A stretch of DNA of 64,000 nucleotides, taken from contig OZ024744.1 of NCBI GenBank assembly GCA_964016885.1, positions 88,970,001 through 89,034,000 of the forward strand, given 5' to 3'. Numbering within the stretch: position 1 is the stretch's first letter; the number at the start of each line of letters is the position of its first letter. The translations under genes were made by a program, and so were the position numbers. Shown here one piece after another: positions 27,225 to 41,319 of the stretch. This stretch comes from Eledone cirrhosa (Eukaryota). The notes below the pieces were generated by a model. The model saw only the letters and a program-made list of their open reading frames with translations. It was not told the origin of the DNA and searched no databases.

Positions 27225-30007
27225 TAGGGTGTTCCAGAATCCCACAATTTACACAAAAGTGTTTTTTTCTTAACTCCCTATGCATTTTCTCATGTCATTT
27301 TGTATATTATCAATTTATAATGTAATTTTGATTATTTCAGACTAATTTAAGCCTTGCCTAATAGTTGTAAATTGGCAGAATAATGGCGGAATCCAGTGGG
27401 CCTAGATGTAGCTACTCGCTCCGTTGTGATGATCGAGAAATATGGCTCATGGGGCAATATGTTACATACTTTTCACCAAACAAAATACCAACAAAGGGGG
27501 ATGTTCTAAGATATTTCTTCTACCTGAAAGATGGTCCTATGAAACACGAAAAGCATGTGAGCTTTAATGGTGCTGTTGCGGATAGGCTTGTGATGGAAGT
27601 AGTTAGTCCGTGGGGAAAAAGCTGGTGTGGCGACTCAACGAAAAGGCAAAGTGAAACTGAAAATTATGAACATGTACAGTGAATACAGAAATTTACAAAA
27701 AAACAAAGGTTCTAAGTCAAACAAAGAAAAGGAAGCACTATTTATTTCTGAATTGGATTCATATTTCTACATTGCACATACTGATGCTGAAAAGAAAATT
27801 TTGAAAGACCGTCTTCGTAATAATGAACAGAAAATGGAAGATGCTACATTTCTCGAAGTCCTGCGTTGCCAGAAAAAAGTATCTCTTGGTGCTGAAGACA
27901 AGGGTTACCAGAAAAAGGTATCTTCAAAGTTTAAGTGTGATCAGGTTTCTGTGGCTCGTCGAGAGTCAGAGAACCATAGAAAACGTTTGTCAGGATCTGT
28001 AGCAGCACAACTTCCACGTAATGAACTGAGTGATTCAAGTTCAACCAATGATGAAACTGAAGATGAACAGGATCCTGAATTTCAGGCCTCAAACCCACCC
28101 AGAGACAGCTCAAAGTCAGACAAGAAACGAAAAATCCAGCTGGAACTCCCAAAGAATCCATTTCAAAGTCCAAAAATGTCTCTAATGGCTGATCGTTTAA
28201 ACCTGACACTGGGCCAGAGAACAGCATTTATGGCATCGATTATTTCTGAGGGTGAGACTGACATAGACGCCACAACTCTCTCCAAGAATAGTAGCAGACG
28301 TTCAGCTAAGAAAATCAGAACTGTGGGGGCTGAACACATAACGGAACAATTTGCTGTACCAGACTTTGTTATCTTGCATTGGGATGGCAAAATAATTCCT
28401 GGTGACCACGAGAGGCTAGGTGTGCTAGTTGCTGGAACTCCGAACTTCAGAGAAGGTAAACTCCTCGGTGTTCCCATAATTCCTGATGGCACTGAAACCA
28501 CCCAAGCCAAAGCATCATTTGATCTTGTTAAAGATTGGAATGTTGATAGGTCTGTGATGGGCTTGGTCTTCGACTCAACTGCTTCGAATTCTGGATGGAA
28601 AAATGGTGCCTGCGTGAAACTAGAAGAGAGGCTCAACAAAAAGGTGTTTTATTTTGCTTATCGGCACCATGTCATGGAGCATATCTTGTGTGCAGTGTGG
28701 CAACAACTATTCGGAGCAATGTCCAGTCCAGACACCCCAGAGTTCAAGGAGTTCATAAGAGATTGGATGTCACTCACTGACAAGACCAACTTTAAAACAT
28801 TGAACATTGTCGACCGGAGACTCAAGCGTCTGTGTTCTGAGAACATCAAGTTCCTTGCTGACATCCGACGATGGGGAAATGAGTTCTCTTCCACGGGATG
28901 ACTACCGAGAATGTGCCGAGTTGATGTTGATCTTGCCTGGTGTCACCCCTCCTCGTGGAATTCATTGGATGCTGCCTGGTGCACATCCTAACGCTCGGTG
29001 CATGTCCACAATCATCTATAGTTCAAATATTTATGCATTTGGTGAGCGACTCAATTATGATCAAGCTAAAATGGAAAAGTTGCGCCGGATCTGTATATTC
29101 AATGCTCTGTTCTACGTGCGATACTGGCTGACAGCAGTCAAGTGTGCTGATGCACCATCCAATGACCTTCACTTCTACGTGGAGTTGACACAGTACAGTA
29201 AGGTTGACAGAGATCTCTCGCAGGCAGCCACTACTGCTCTGAGCAGGCATCTTTGGTACCTGACGGAGGAAACCATTCCACTAGCACTGTTTTCAAGTCG
29301 GGTCCAAGAGTCCAAGAAGAAACAAATAACCCAACGTCTTGTCAAAACGAAAACGTCTGGGCCTCTCGACCGTGGTGCTCCAGTATTTCCCGAGTTGAAG
29401 TCGTCCACGAAGCTGCCTCATCTAGTTGGGAAGAAATCAAGGCTTCTGTTCGATCTCCTTGGTCTCAACGATACTTGGCTTGAGCTGTCACCTGCAACTT
29501 GGTCATCACAAGCGTCATATCGAAATGCCTGTGTTGTTGTTCACAATATCAAGGTAGTCAACGATCTGGCGGAGAGAGCAGTCAAGTTGATAACTGATTT
29601 TGTTGCCATCACCAAGAATGAGGAGGAGAAGCAGTGTGTTCTTCAAGTAGTCGAAGCTCATCGTCGCAAGGTCCCGGATTTCAAAAAAGAAACTCTGAAA
29701 AGAATATGACTGGAGTTAACTTAACTGAACTTGTTTCTTCCTTGTACGCCTTTATATTCAAAGCTGGTTTACTAAATATAATGGATTAATAAAATAAACA
29801 ATTATTGTATGGTCATATTTGGTTTCACATTTTCATGATTTCATGCAACATAATCACACTTTCTACTATAATCACCATGATATAGGCAAGACTCAAAATA
29901 ATTTATTTTATACAAAATATGTTTTATTTTACGAATTGGGGCATTTATAATGGGAAAATATATAGGGAGCGTTAGTACTGTAACCTTGCTTTTTATGGCA
30001 CACTCTA
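27225..30007 (+). mobile_element. hATm-like DNA transposon, full length
   Basis: Termini TAGGGTGTTCCA / TGGCACACTCTA, flanks ATGTATAT / ATATATAT (7/8 TSD), and an inverted subterminal ctccctat..attttc.cat motif. Confidence 0.75.
27383..29709 (+). pseudogene. DDE transposase (hATm-like), split by two frameshifts
   Basis: ORFs 27383..27682, 27627..28901 and 28807..29709 carry LHWDGK, FDSTASNSG, AYRHH (CxxH degenerated), RHLWYL and VVNDLAERAVKL. Confidence 0.8.
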
Positions 30008-30016
30008 ATATATATA

Positions 30017-30112
<96 letters not shown>

Positions 30113-30115
<3 letters not shown>

Positions 30116-30322
30116 AGAAAAACCACAGACCCTCCATCTCAACTCTACTTTTGAAAAGCAGAAGAACTGCGAAACCGGTAAAGGAACCAAATAAATATAT
30201 ATATTTTAAAAAAAATAAGACTCCAGTTGCATTTTCGATTCGATCTTTTTTTCTTTATACTTTCACTCGTGTAGGACACCGGTTATTTTCCATTTTGTTA
30301 AAAAAAAAACTCACTTTCTAAT
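30113..30322 (+). mobile_element. Solo PLE terminal repeat (U3-A8 HHR family) in (TA)n
   Basis: Matches 25424-25625. Confidence 0.85.
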
Positions 30323-30694
30323 ATATATATATATAGTGTTAGTATCATAAATAAGATCCAGTTTAATTTGTACATTTTATTACACCATTCCTTTATACGT
30401 ATATATATACATAAATAAACATGTTATTTACCGTTGTTAAAAAAGAAGTATAATTGTTTGTACTTTTGGCACAAGGCCAGCAATTATCCCTGTACATTAC
30501 TGGTACTTTATTATATATAATATATATAATACGACATTCCTCTCTCTTTCTTACTCTGTCTTTTTAGATAGATACATAGCTATAACATTGCGCCCTTATA
30601 ATATCTGTCCGTATGTCTGCCTGTCTGCATTGACTTCGCTTCTAACCAACTTTTAATTAATTATATATATATATAATTATATCCTCTTGTACTT

Positions 30695-33600
30695 ATTTTC
30701 AACAGTAATACTATACTATATATTTTCAACAGTAATACTGTACTATATATTTTCAACATTAATACTATACTATATATTTTCAATATTAATACTCGATTGG
30801 CAGTATCGGTAGAGGGTCGGACGCCATGCTTTCCAGCATAGTTACGTCCCTTTACGATCTGAGTTCAAATCCCGCCGAGGTTGACTTTGCCTTTCATCCT
30901 TACGGGGTCGATAAAATAAAGTACCAGTAATGCACTGGGTAATTGCTGGCCTTGTGCCTAAAGTAGAAACAAATATTAATACTATACTATATATTTTCAA
31001 CAGTAATACTATAATATACTATACATTTTCAACAGTAATACTATACTATTCTATATATTTTCAACAGTAATACTATACTGTATGTTTTCAACAGTAATAT
31101 TATACTATATATTTTCAACAGTAATAATGTGCTATACTATATAGTTTCAACAGTTATACTGTACTATATATTTTCAACAGTTATACTGTACTATATATTT
31201 TCAACAGTAATACTATACTATATATTTTCAACAGTAATACTGTACTATATATTTTCAACATTAATACTATACTATACTATATATTTTCAACAGTAATGCT
31301 ATACTATATATTTTCAACAGTAATACTATACTTTACATTTTCAACAGTAATTCTATACTATACTATATATTTTGAACGGTAATACCGTACTATATATTTT
31401 CAACGGTAATACTGTACTATATATTTTCAACAGTAATACTATACTATATATTTTCAACAGTAATACTATACTATATATTTTCAACAGTAATACTATACTA
31501 TATATTTTCAACAGTAATACTATATTATATATTTTCAACAGTAATACTGTACTATATATTTTCAACAGTAATACTATATTATATATTTTCAACAGTAATA
31601 CTATACTATATATTTTCAACAGTAATACTATACTATATATTTTCAACACTAATACTATACTATATATTTTCAACAGTAATACTATACTATATATTTTCAA
31701 CAGTAATACTATACTATATATTTTCAACAGTAATACTATACTATACTATATATTTTGAACGGTAATACCGTACTATATATTTTCAACGGTAATACTGTAC
31801 TGTACTATATATTTTCAACAGTAATACTGTACTATATATTTTTAACAGTAATACTATACTATATATTTTCAACAGTAATATTATACTTTACATTTTCAAC
31901 AGTAATTCTATACTATACTATATATTTTGAACGGTAATACCTACTATATATTTTCAACGGTAATACTGTACTATATATTTTCAACAGTAATACTATACTA
32001 TATATTTTCAACAGTAATACTATACTATATATTTTCAACAGTAATACTATACTATATATTTTCAACAGTAATACTATACTATATATTTTCAAAAGTAATA
32101 CTGTACTATATATTTTCAACAGTAATACTATATTATATATTTTCAACAGTAATACTATACTATATATTTTCAACAGTAATACTATACTATATATTTTCAA
32201 CACTAATACTATACTATATATTTTCAACAGTAATACTATACTATATATTTTCAACAGTAATACTATACTATATATTTTCAACACTAATACTATACTATAT
32301 ATTTTCAACAGTAATACTATACTATATATTTTCAACAGTAATACTATACTATATATTTTCAACACTAATACTATACTATATATTTTCAACAGTAATACTA
32401 TACTATATATTTTCAACAGTAATACTATACTATATATTTTCAACAGTAATACTATACTATACTATATATTTTGAACGGTAATACCGTACTATATATTTTC
32501 AACGGTAATACTGTACTGTACTATATATTTTCAAAAGTAATACTGTACTATATATTTTTAACAGTAATACTATACTATATATTTTCAACAGTAATACTAT
32601 ACTTTACATTTTCAACAGTAATTCTATACTATACTATATATTTTGAACGGTAATACCGTACTATATATTTTCAACGGTAATACTGTACTATATATTTTCA
32701 ACAGTAATACTATACTATATATTTTCAACAGTAATACTATACTATATATTTTCAACAGTAATACTATACTATATATTTTCAACAGTAATACTGTACTATA
32801 TATTTTCAACAGTAATACTATATTATATATTTTCAACAGTAATACTATACTATATATTTTCAACAGTAATACTATACTATATATTTTCAACACTAATACT
32901 ATACTATATATTTTCAACAGTAATACTATACTATATATTTTCAACAGTAATACTGTACTATATATTTTCAACAGTAATACTATATTATATATTTTCAACA
33001 GTAATACTATACTATATATTTTCAACAGTAATACTATACTATATATTTTCAACACTAATACTATACTATATATTTTCAACAGTAATACTATACTATATAT
33101 TTTCAACAGTAATACTATACTTTACATTTTCAACAGTAATCCTATACTATACTATATATTTTGAACGGTAATACCGTACTATATATTTTCAACAGTAATA
33201 CTGTACTATATATTTTTAACAGTAATACTATACTATACTATATATTTTCAACAGTAATACTGTACTATACTATATATTTTCAACACTAATACTATACTAT
33301 ATATTTTCAACAGTAATACTATACTATATATTTTCAACAGTAATACTATACTATATATTTTCAACAGTAATACTATACTATATATTTTCAACAGTAATAC
33401 TGTACTATATATTTTCAACAGTAATACTATATTATATATTTTTAACAGTAATACTATACTATATATTTTCAACAGTAATACTATACTATATATTTTCAAC
33501 ACTAATACTATACTATATATTTTCAACAGTAATACTATACTATATATTTTCAACAGTAATACTATACTATATATTTTCAACACTAATACTATACTATATA

Positions 33601-34482
33601 TTTTCAACAGTAATACTATACTATATATTTTCAACAGTAATACTATACTATATATTTTCAACACTAATACTATACTATATATTTTCAACAGTAGTACTAT
33701 ACTATATATTTTCAACAGTAATACTATACTATATATTTTCAACAGTAATTCTATACTATACTATATATTTTGAACGGTAATACCGTACTATATATTTTCA
33801 ACGGTAATACTGTACTATATATTTTCAACAGTAATACTATACTATATATTTTCAACAGTAATACTATACTATATATTTTCAACAGTAATACTATACTATA
33901 TATTTTCAACACTAATACTATACTATATATTTTCAACAGTAATACTATACTATATATTTTCAACAGTAATACTGTACTATATATTTTCAACAGTAATACT
34001 ATATTATATATTTTCAACAGTAATACTATACTATATATTTTCAACAGTAATACTATACTATATATTTTCAACACTAATACTATACTATATATTTTCAACA
34101 GTAATACTATACTTTACATTTTCAACAGTAATCCTATACTATACTATATATTTTGAACGGTAATACCGTACTATATATTTTCAACAGTAATACTGTACTA
34201 TATATTTTTAACAGTAATACTATACTATACTATATATTTTCAACAGTAATACTGTACTATACTATATATTTTCAACACTAATACTATAATATATATTTTC
34301 AACAGTAATACTATACTATATATTTTCAACAGTAATACTATACTATATATTTTCAACAGTAATATTATTCTATATATTTTCAACAGTAATACTATACTAT
34401 ATATTTTCAACAGTAATACTATACTACATATTTTCAACTGTAATACTATACTACATATTTTCAACAGTAATACTATACTACA
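30695..34482 (+). repeat. 27-bp minisatellite (ttttcaacagtaatactatactatata)n with higher-order variant blocks
   Basis: 9-aa periodicity in the ORF track (IFNSNTILY) and recurring variant units such as ttttgaacggtaataccgtac. Confidence 0.97.
30794..30972 (+). mobile_element. SINE inserted into the minisatellite, 12-bp TSD
   Basis: aatattaatact at 30782-30793 and 30972-30983. Confidence 0.9.
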
Positions 34483-34602
34483 CAGACGCCTTATCGTCTG
34501 CTTACCCAAGCGAAGCTAGGTACGTCAGCTATATATATATATCTGGATGCTGTAGAACACGCCAATGGTAGACGGGCGCCAGCCGGACGGGCCAGGTAGT
34601 AC

Positions 34603-34664
<62 letters not shown>

Positions 34665-34684
34665 GCGCGCATATATATATATAA

Positions 34685-34754
<70 letters not shown>

Positions 34755-35188
34755 ATATATATGCGCGCGTGTGTGTGTGTAATAATGATAGTGAAAAAAA
34801 TCAAAGTTGTGCGTGTGCGTGTGCGTGTGCGTGTATGTTCACACACATAGACACATACACACACACACATATATACTATATATATATATGTATGTATATA
34901 AGAAGTTAAGCCAAAGATTATCCGCACTTTTGCCATAACATATCTTTAGGTTTGTTACACCGCCTTATGTTCATGCGTGCTAAAAGTTGCTACTATTGTG
35001 GTCACGTGATCGACGTTTGAGCTCGATCAAACCATTTTTTTTTTTTTTTTTTAGCTGCTGATACAGTGTAAACATGGTCGCTCTCCTGATCTTAATATTA
35101 CCACCTGTAAGCACGCATCAGCTGAAGGCTGTGTGACAAATCTAAAGATATGTTATGACGAAAGTGCGGAAAATGTTTGACTTACCCT

Positions 35189-35466
<278 letters not shown>

Positions 35467-35468
<2 letters not shown>

Positions 35469-36010
35469 TAATGAAATTCAAAGTACTTCAGATGTTAAAA
35501 TTATTTTATTGAAAGGCCGATGACAGCAGAGGCCATGTAACTCCGTGTCAAATCCAGTGCCATGATCTCATCAGACAGCTTCTTACATAATAAGGTTACT
35601 TTTATTAGACAATCACCATGCGCCAATAGAAGCCTGTTACACCAATAGAGATGGCCAGCATGAACTCTGTGAGCGTTCAAGGTGGTGGAAAGGAACCTGC
35701 ATAAGACTGGGCTCTTGTGGTTTTAGGGCGATGTATTGTTTTACGCCTGCGCACAGCCGTAGGAACTGATTGAAGTTCACAGGGGAACAGGTGATCGCTT
35801 CAAAAACATCGTGTTCGTCTGCTCCCTAGTCACTTCGAACTTACTTGGATTGCCTAATAAAAGTAACCTTATTATATAAGAAGCTTCTCTGATGAGATCA
35901 TGGCATTGGATTTAACACAGAGTTACGTGGCCTCTGTTGTCATTGAAATATATATAACGGCCTTTCACTAAAGGAAGTTTAACATCTGAACTACTTTGTA
36001 CTTCATTATT
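35467..36010. mobile_element. Element with ~150-bp diverged inverted ends and an HHR at 35884-35961
   Basis: 35467-35614 is the reverse complement of 35848-36010. The motif reads CTGATGA-gatcatggca...tgtcatt-GAAAT-atat-ATA-acggc, and the other arm preserves gctgt, which pairs with acggc. Confidence 0.7.
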
Positions 36011-36511
36011 CTATAAATACTCAGTCCTTCCTATGCGGAAAAAGTACGTTGAGTTCTTAAATGGAATTGCATCAATATTTTATTGTAAATATATATATAT
36101 ATATATATATATATAGCCGTCGAAACGGCTTGAGCTCTGCCATCGGGGTCCTGACTCTTTTCCTATCACCCACTCTACTACCAAAAGTATCGAGTACTCT
36201 GGTGCGTTATGGTCCACCTGGTTTCTTATCATACTTCCTTCGTTATATATATATATATATTTGATATTGGTTAAGTAGTGAGTCTTGTTATTCTGGAGTT
36301 TCACTTGCGCTCTCGTAGGAGTGTGTATGTGAAGGCACGGGCTCTAAAGGTTAAGGTGTTCGACATACGATCATAAGGTCAGAATTTAGATTCCTGAACC
36401 GGGCGGCATTGTCTTATTGAGCGAAATACTTTATTTCATTTTGCTTGTAGAGTTGCGATAATATAAACGATAATATCAACAATGGAAATAGTGTTTCCTC
36501 GGTCCGATCTG

Positions 36512-36610
<99 letters not shown>

Positions 36611-36633
36611 CGCGTGCGTGTGCGTGTGCGTGT

Positions 36634-37090
36634 GTCTATAAAGACCTGAAGATCCGTCTCTTCGTTGCTGTAGTGGAGTCTGTGCTGCTGTACGGGTCTG
36701 AGACTTGGACACTGACCAAGAAACTCACTCAGATGGTGGATGGGTGCTACACGAGAATGCTGAGGATGACTCTGAACATTAATCAGTATACACTGAGGAT
36801 GAAGAACTCAGAGCTGTACGGGAGCCCTCCAAACGTTAACTCGAAATTAACAGAGAGGAGACTGATGTTAGCTGGACATGCTCACCGACATTCAGAGTTG
36901 ACACTACACTCACTACTCCTGTGGGAGTTCCTACACAGACACACTAGAAGAGGGAGGCCGAGGTTGACATATATTGATGCCATAAGAACAGACACTGGTC
37001 TCTGGGAGACGCATGGCATGCCAGCGATAATGAGGGACAGAGACCGCTGGAGAGAACTCGTCCATGGATCTCAGGAATTTTACGCGCCCT
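36634..37090 (+). pseudogene. RTE-clade LINE 3' fragment
   Basis: LKIRLFVAVVESVLLYGSETWTL...GRPRLTYID...DRDRW. Confidence 0.85.
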
Positions 37091-37118
37091 ATATATATAT
37101 ATATATATATACACACAC

Positions 37119-37187
<69 letters not shown>

Positions 37188-37270
37188 GGAGGTGAGTTTT
37201 ATTGTAGTACAATAAAGCAATGCAGATATCGGATAAGAATCACTCTACAGTTTGTAGGACTGGAGTATAC

Positions 37271-37494
37271 ATAATATATAAGATCAAAAGATGGTTAAAG
37301 GAGTTCCATGTATTTTATTATGCGCATTTCAAATATGTTGATTTAAAACTGCACTATCCACAAGTGTTTTTTAGCCTTCATATCATGTTCTCCTGTTTTA
37401 TCTGATGAAAACACAAATATTATTGCATGATGATGTTTGTTTTTGAAATGCGCATAATAAAATACATGGAACTCCTTTAACCATCTTTTGATCT

Positions 37495-37503
<9 letters not shown>
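37271..37503. repeat. Short inverted PLE-type repeat (arms ~62 bp)
   Basis: 37271-37333 is the reverse complement of 37442-37503. Confidence 0.85.
37394..37464 (+). ncRNA. Type I hammerhead ribozyme
   Basis: tgttttat-CTGATGA-aaacacaaata...tgtttgttttt-GAAAT-gcgc-ATA-ataaaata. Confidence 0.8.
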
Positions 37504-37533
<30 letters not shown>

Positions 37534-38445
37534 CACATACATACATTTAATTCCACTCCCATCTAATTTCTTCCTCTTTCTTTCTACCTGCACCTCTCTC
37601 TCTCTCTCCCTCCCTCTCTCTCTCTTTCTCTCACTCTCTCTCACTTTCGCACACACAAACACACACACACTCTTCATTTTTGCAACCAGTATGTTCAATG
37701 TTAGTGACGTTAAGAAGAGAACACTATGCTTGCATAATTGCTGTAGTTGATCAGCGATTTTTTTTTTACTGCAAGTTTGCAATCCTTGTCTGCCACTTCT
37801 ATGATGTTCATCTTCAAACGAAATAACACACGGATCAAGAAGCGCATTACTAAATCCAGCTTTAGCTATCATCAGATATTTGAACGAGGGCTCAACTTGT
37901 TTACAAAATTCGTTACTTTATTTACTATCACAAGGAAAACAAATGCAGGTAATATAGACGTCAGTTAGTTTATGTGTCTGAGTTAGGTACGACTCTACTA
38001 AAATATGTTGATATATGTTGATATGTATTCGATGTAACATACTTGTCGAATCAAATTAGTAATCAAGAGAGACTTAATTTATACCAATTGCTCTCATATA
38101 ATCCTTAATGCTCTCGAGACACGGTAAATTTTCGGCAACATGGTATTTATCAGGGATTATGGATGTGATAAGGATGTAGAGGCGATATTATAATCCCACT
38201 AGTCGTCTAGATCTCCTCGATGATACATTCATCTACGTATGTGTGTGTGTGCATATATATATGTATATATATATAAACATACATACGTAGATACAAACAT
38301 ACATACATACAAACATACATACGTACATACATACGTACATACATATATGCATACGTATATATATATATATATATTCATACGAACGTATATGCATACACAC
38401 GTGTATATTTACATATATACATCTATGCATACAAGCATAAATATG

Positions 38446-38514
<69 letters not shown>

Positions 38515-38520
<6 letters not shown>

Positions 38521-38956
38521 GTGGAGACAGTAAACAGAAAACAAAAAAACAAAACAAAACGTGGAAGCGAAGAGGCAGTACAAATGTTAATATTAGTTTC
38601 ACGCTTGAGAGTGGGGGGTGACGTTTCTGGCATAAGTCCTTCATCAGGAGAAAAGTGGGCAGGAAGAGAGTTCCGAGGGTGTGTGGGGGAGTGGAGAGAA
38701 AAGGGAGGAAAAAATTTAAAGTAAAAAGAAACAAGTGGTGAAAGGGTGTCAGGCGCGTAGAGGTGGTGGTGGGTGGAGAGCGGTGGAAAGGAGAGAAGGA
38801 GACGATGATCTAGTAGAGTTAACATCGTATTTAAAATTGAGTGGCACTGTTTTTAGTGTTCAGCAATTTTTAGCCAACTCTATCAGTGAAACAATTGTTA
38901 GACTGCAAATAAATCCCCTTTTTTGTACTGTTGACCATGTTATTCTCCACTTTTTC

Positions 38957-38960
<4 letters not shown>
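38515..38960 (-). mobile_element. Probable PLE 3' end with HHR-like core at about 38619-38650
   Basis: 38808-38960 is repeated at 21658-21810. The reverse strand reads CTGATGA-aggacttatgcca-GAAACGTC, but stem I pairs poorly. Confidence 0.55.
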
Positions 38961-39017
<57 letters not shown>

Positions 39018-39046
39018 GATTGGTGCTCTGAAATAGCGATGTATAC

Positions 39047-39895
<849 letters not shown>

Positions 39896-40765
39896 ATATA
39901 TATATATAAATATATATATAACCAAAAGTTAAATGCGGATGAATTTTAAAGACCATAAAGGAAATTTCGAAGAGGACTTGCCTGTTAGACTTATCGCACC
40001 TTCTAAGTCAGACATTGGAATAATTAGTAAAAACATAATAGATAGAATTTTGCCAACCTTATCATTGAGGTCAAGGCTTAACTTATGGAAGGACACTAGT
40101 GAAGTCGTAGATTGGTTTAGGAACATTAAAAATAAGAAAAATCATAAATTTATTCAAATGTACATAGCGAGCTACTACTCCTCAATAACTCCTAACCTTT
40201 TGAATAAGGCACTTTTATACGCATATAAACACACTGATCTATCTAGTGAGGAGATTAATATTATTTTAACGGCTAGGCGAACCTTGATTAACTTTAAAAA
40301 AGAATTTCGACATTGCCATGGGATCGTCCGACTCTGCGCAAGTTACCGATCTTCTGGGAATTTTTATCCTTAATATGATAAATAGAAAACTGCCGGAGAT
40401 TACCGGTGGTTTATATAGAGATGATATATTACTTACTGTAGTTAAATATAGCAATGGTGAATTAAATAGAGTAAAGAAAATAATTATAGAATTCTTTAAA
40501 AATTACGACCTAAAATTAGAAGTGGAAAGTAACAGTAAAATAGTTAACTTCCTAGACGTAACCCTTAATTTAAACTCAGGCCTATATTACCCCTTCCATA
40601 AACCCAATGAAAACCTAAATTATGTTAGTTTTTATTCTAATCCTCCTAAATGTGTTAAAAATGCAATAGTCAATAGTGTTCAACAACGTTTAACTAGATT
40701 ATCTGCTAACAAATCCATTTTTAATAGTAAAGCTGAATATTATAATGAAGCGTTGCATAAAGCAA

Positions 40766-40872
40766 CCTCCCGCCGAGGTTGACTTTGCCTTTCATCCTTA
40801 CAGGGTCGATAAAATAAAGTACCAGTAATGAACTGGCTAATTGCTGGCCTTGTGCCTAAAGTAGAAACAATT
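40766..40872 (+). mobile_element. 5'-truncated SINE with ~26-bp TSD
   Basis: attataatgaagcgttgcataaagca at 40739-40764 and 40870-40895. Confidence 0.9.
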
Positions 40873-41319
40873 ATAATGAAGCGTTGCATAAAGCAGGATA
40901 TAAAAATAATATTGAATATGTAGAAAATAATAATTGTAATTATAAACAAAATGTTCATAATAATTGAAATAATATAAATAAAACTGACTGTAAAAATAAA
41001 AATAAATATTTAAATAAAAATAGCAATTTCGAGAATAAATCAGTGAAAAAAATTAGTACTAGATCTATTATTTGGTATGCCCCACCAGCATCTTTAGCTA
41101 TTAAACGACCTTTAGCACATTTATTTTTTAAAGCGTTGGATAAATGTTTCCCTAGAACACGTAAATATTACTCTATCTTCAATAGACACTCAGTTAAACT
41201 CTCTTACTCAACAACTATGAATATGGCTCAAAATATTGCAAAAATAAATAGTAGAATTCCTAGTTCTAACCAACATATAATTAGCGATAATGGCAATAAT
41301 AATAATGATGATAATAATA

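Larger units (their letters stand above)
26858..34530 (+). mobile_element. Possible non-autonomous Helitron enclosing nested inserts and a minisatellite
   Basis: 5' part tataaagctga..gtatgtatgt..aaacggctggacc and 3' hairpin acccaagcgaagctaggt-acgtcagCTA resemble Helitron ends. The segment at 27076-27167 is duplicated at 30541-30631. Confidence 0.45.

Noticed and set aside
31353-34509. Repeat-protein ORFs (IFNSNTILY)n and a possible CRISPR-like array
   Set aside because: These are contiguous 27-bp tandem units with no unique spacers, no cas genes and a eukaryotic context.
34903-35185. Inverted repeat with CTGAAGG...GAAAG as a hammerhead
   Set aside because: The inverted arms are real but diverged, and the ribozyme stems I and III could not be paired convincingly.
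37776-37948. Possible host exon (polypyrimidine-AG ... CAG/GTAATA, one open frame)
   Set aside because: There is no recognisable protein similarity or supporting neighbouring exon. It cannot be supported without RNA-seq.
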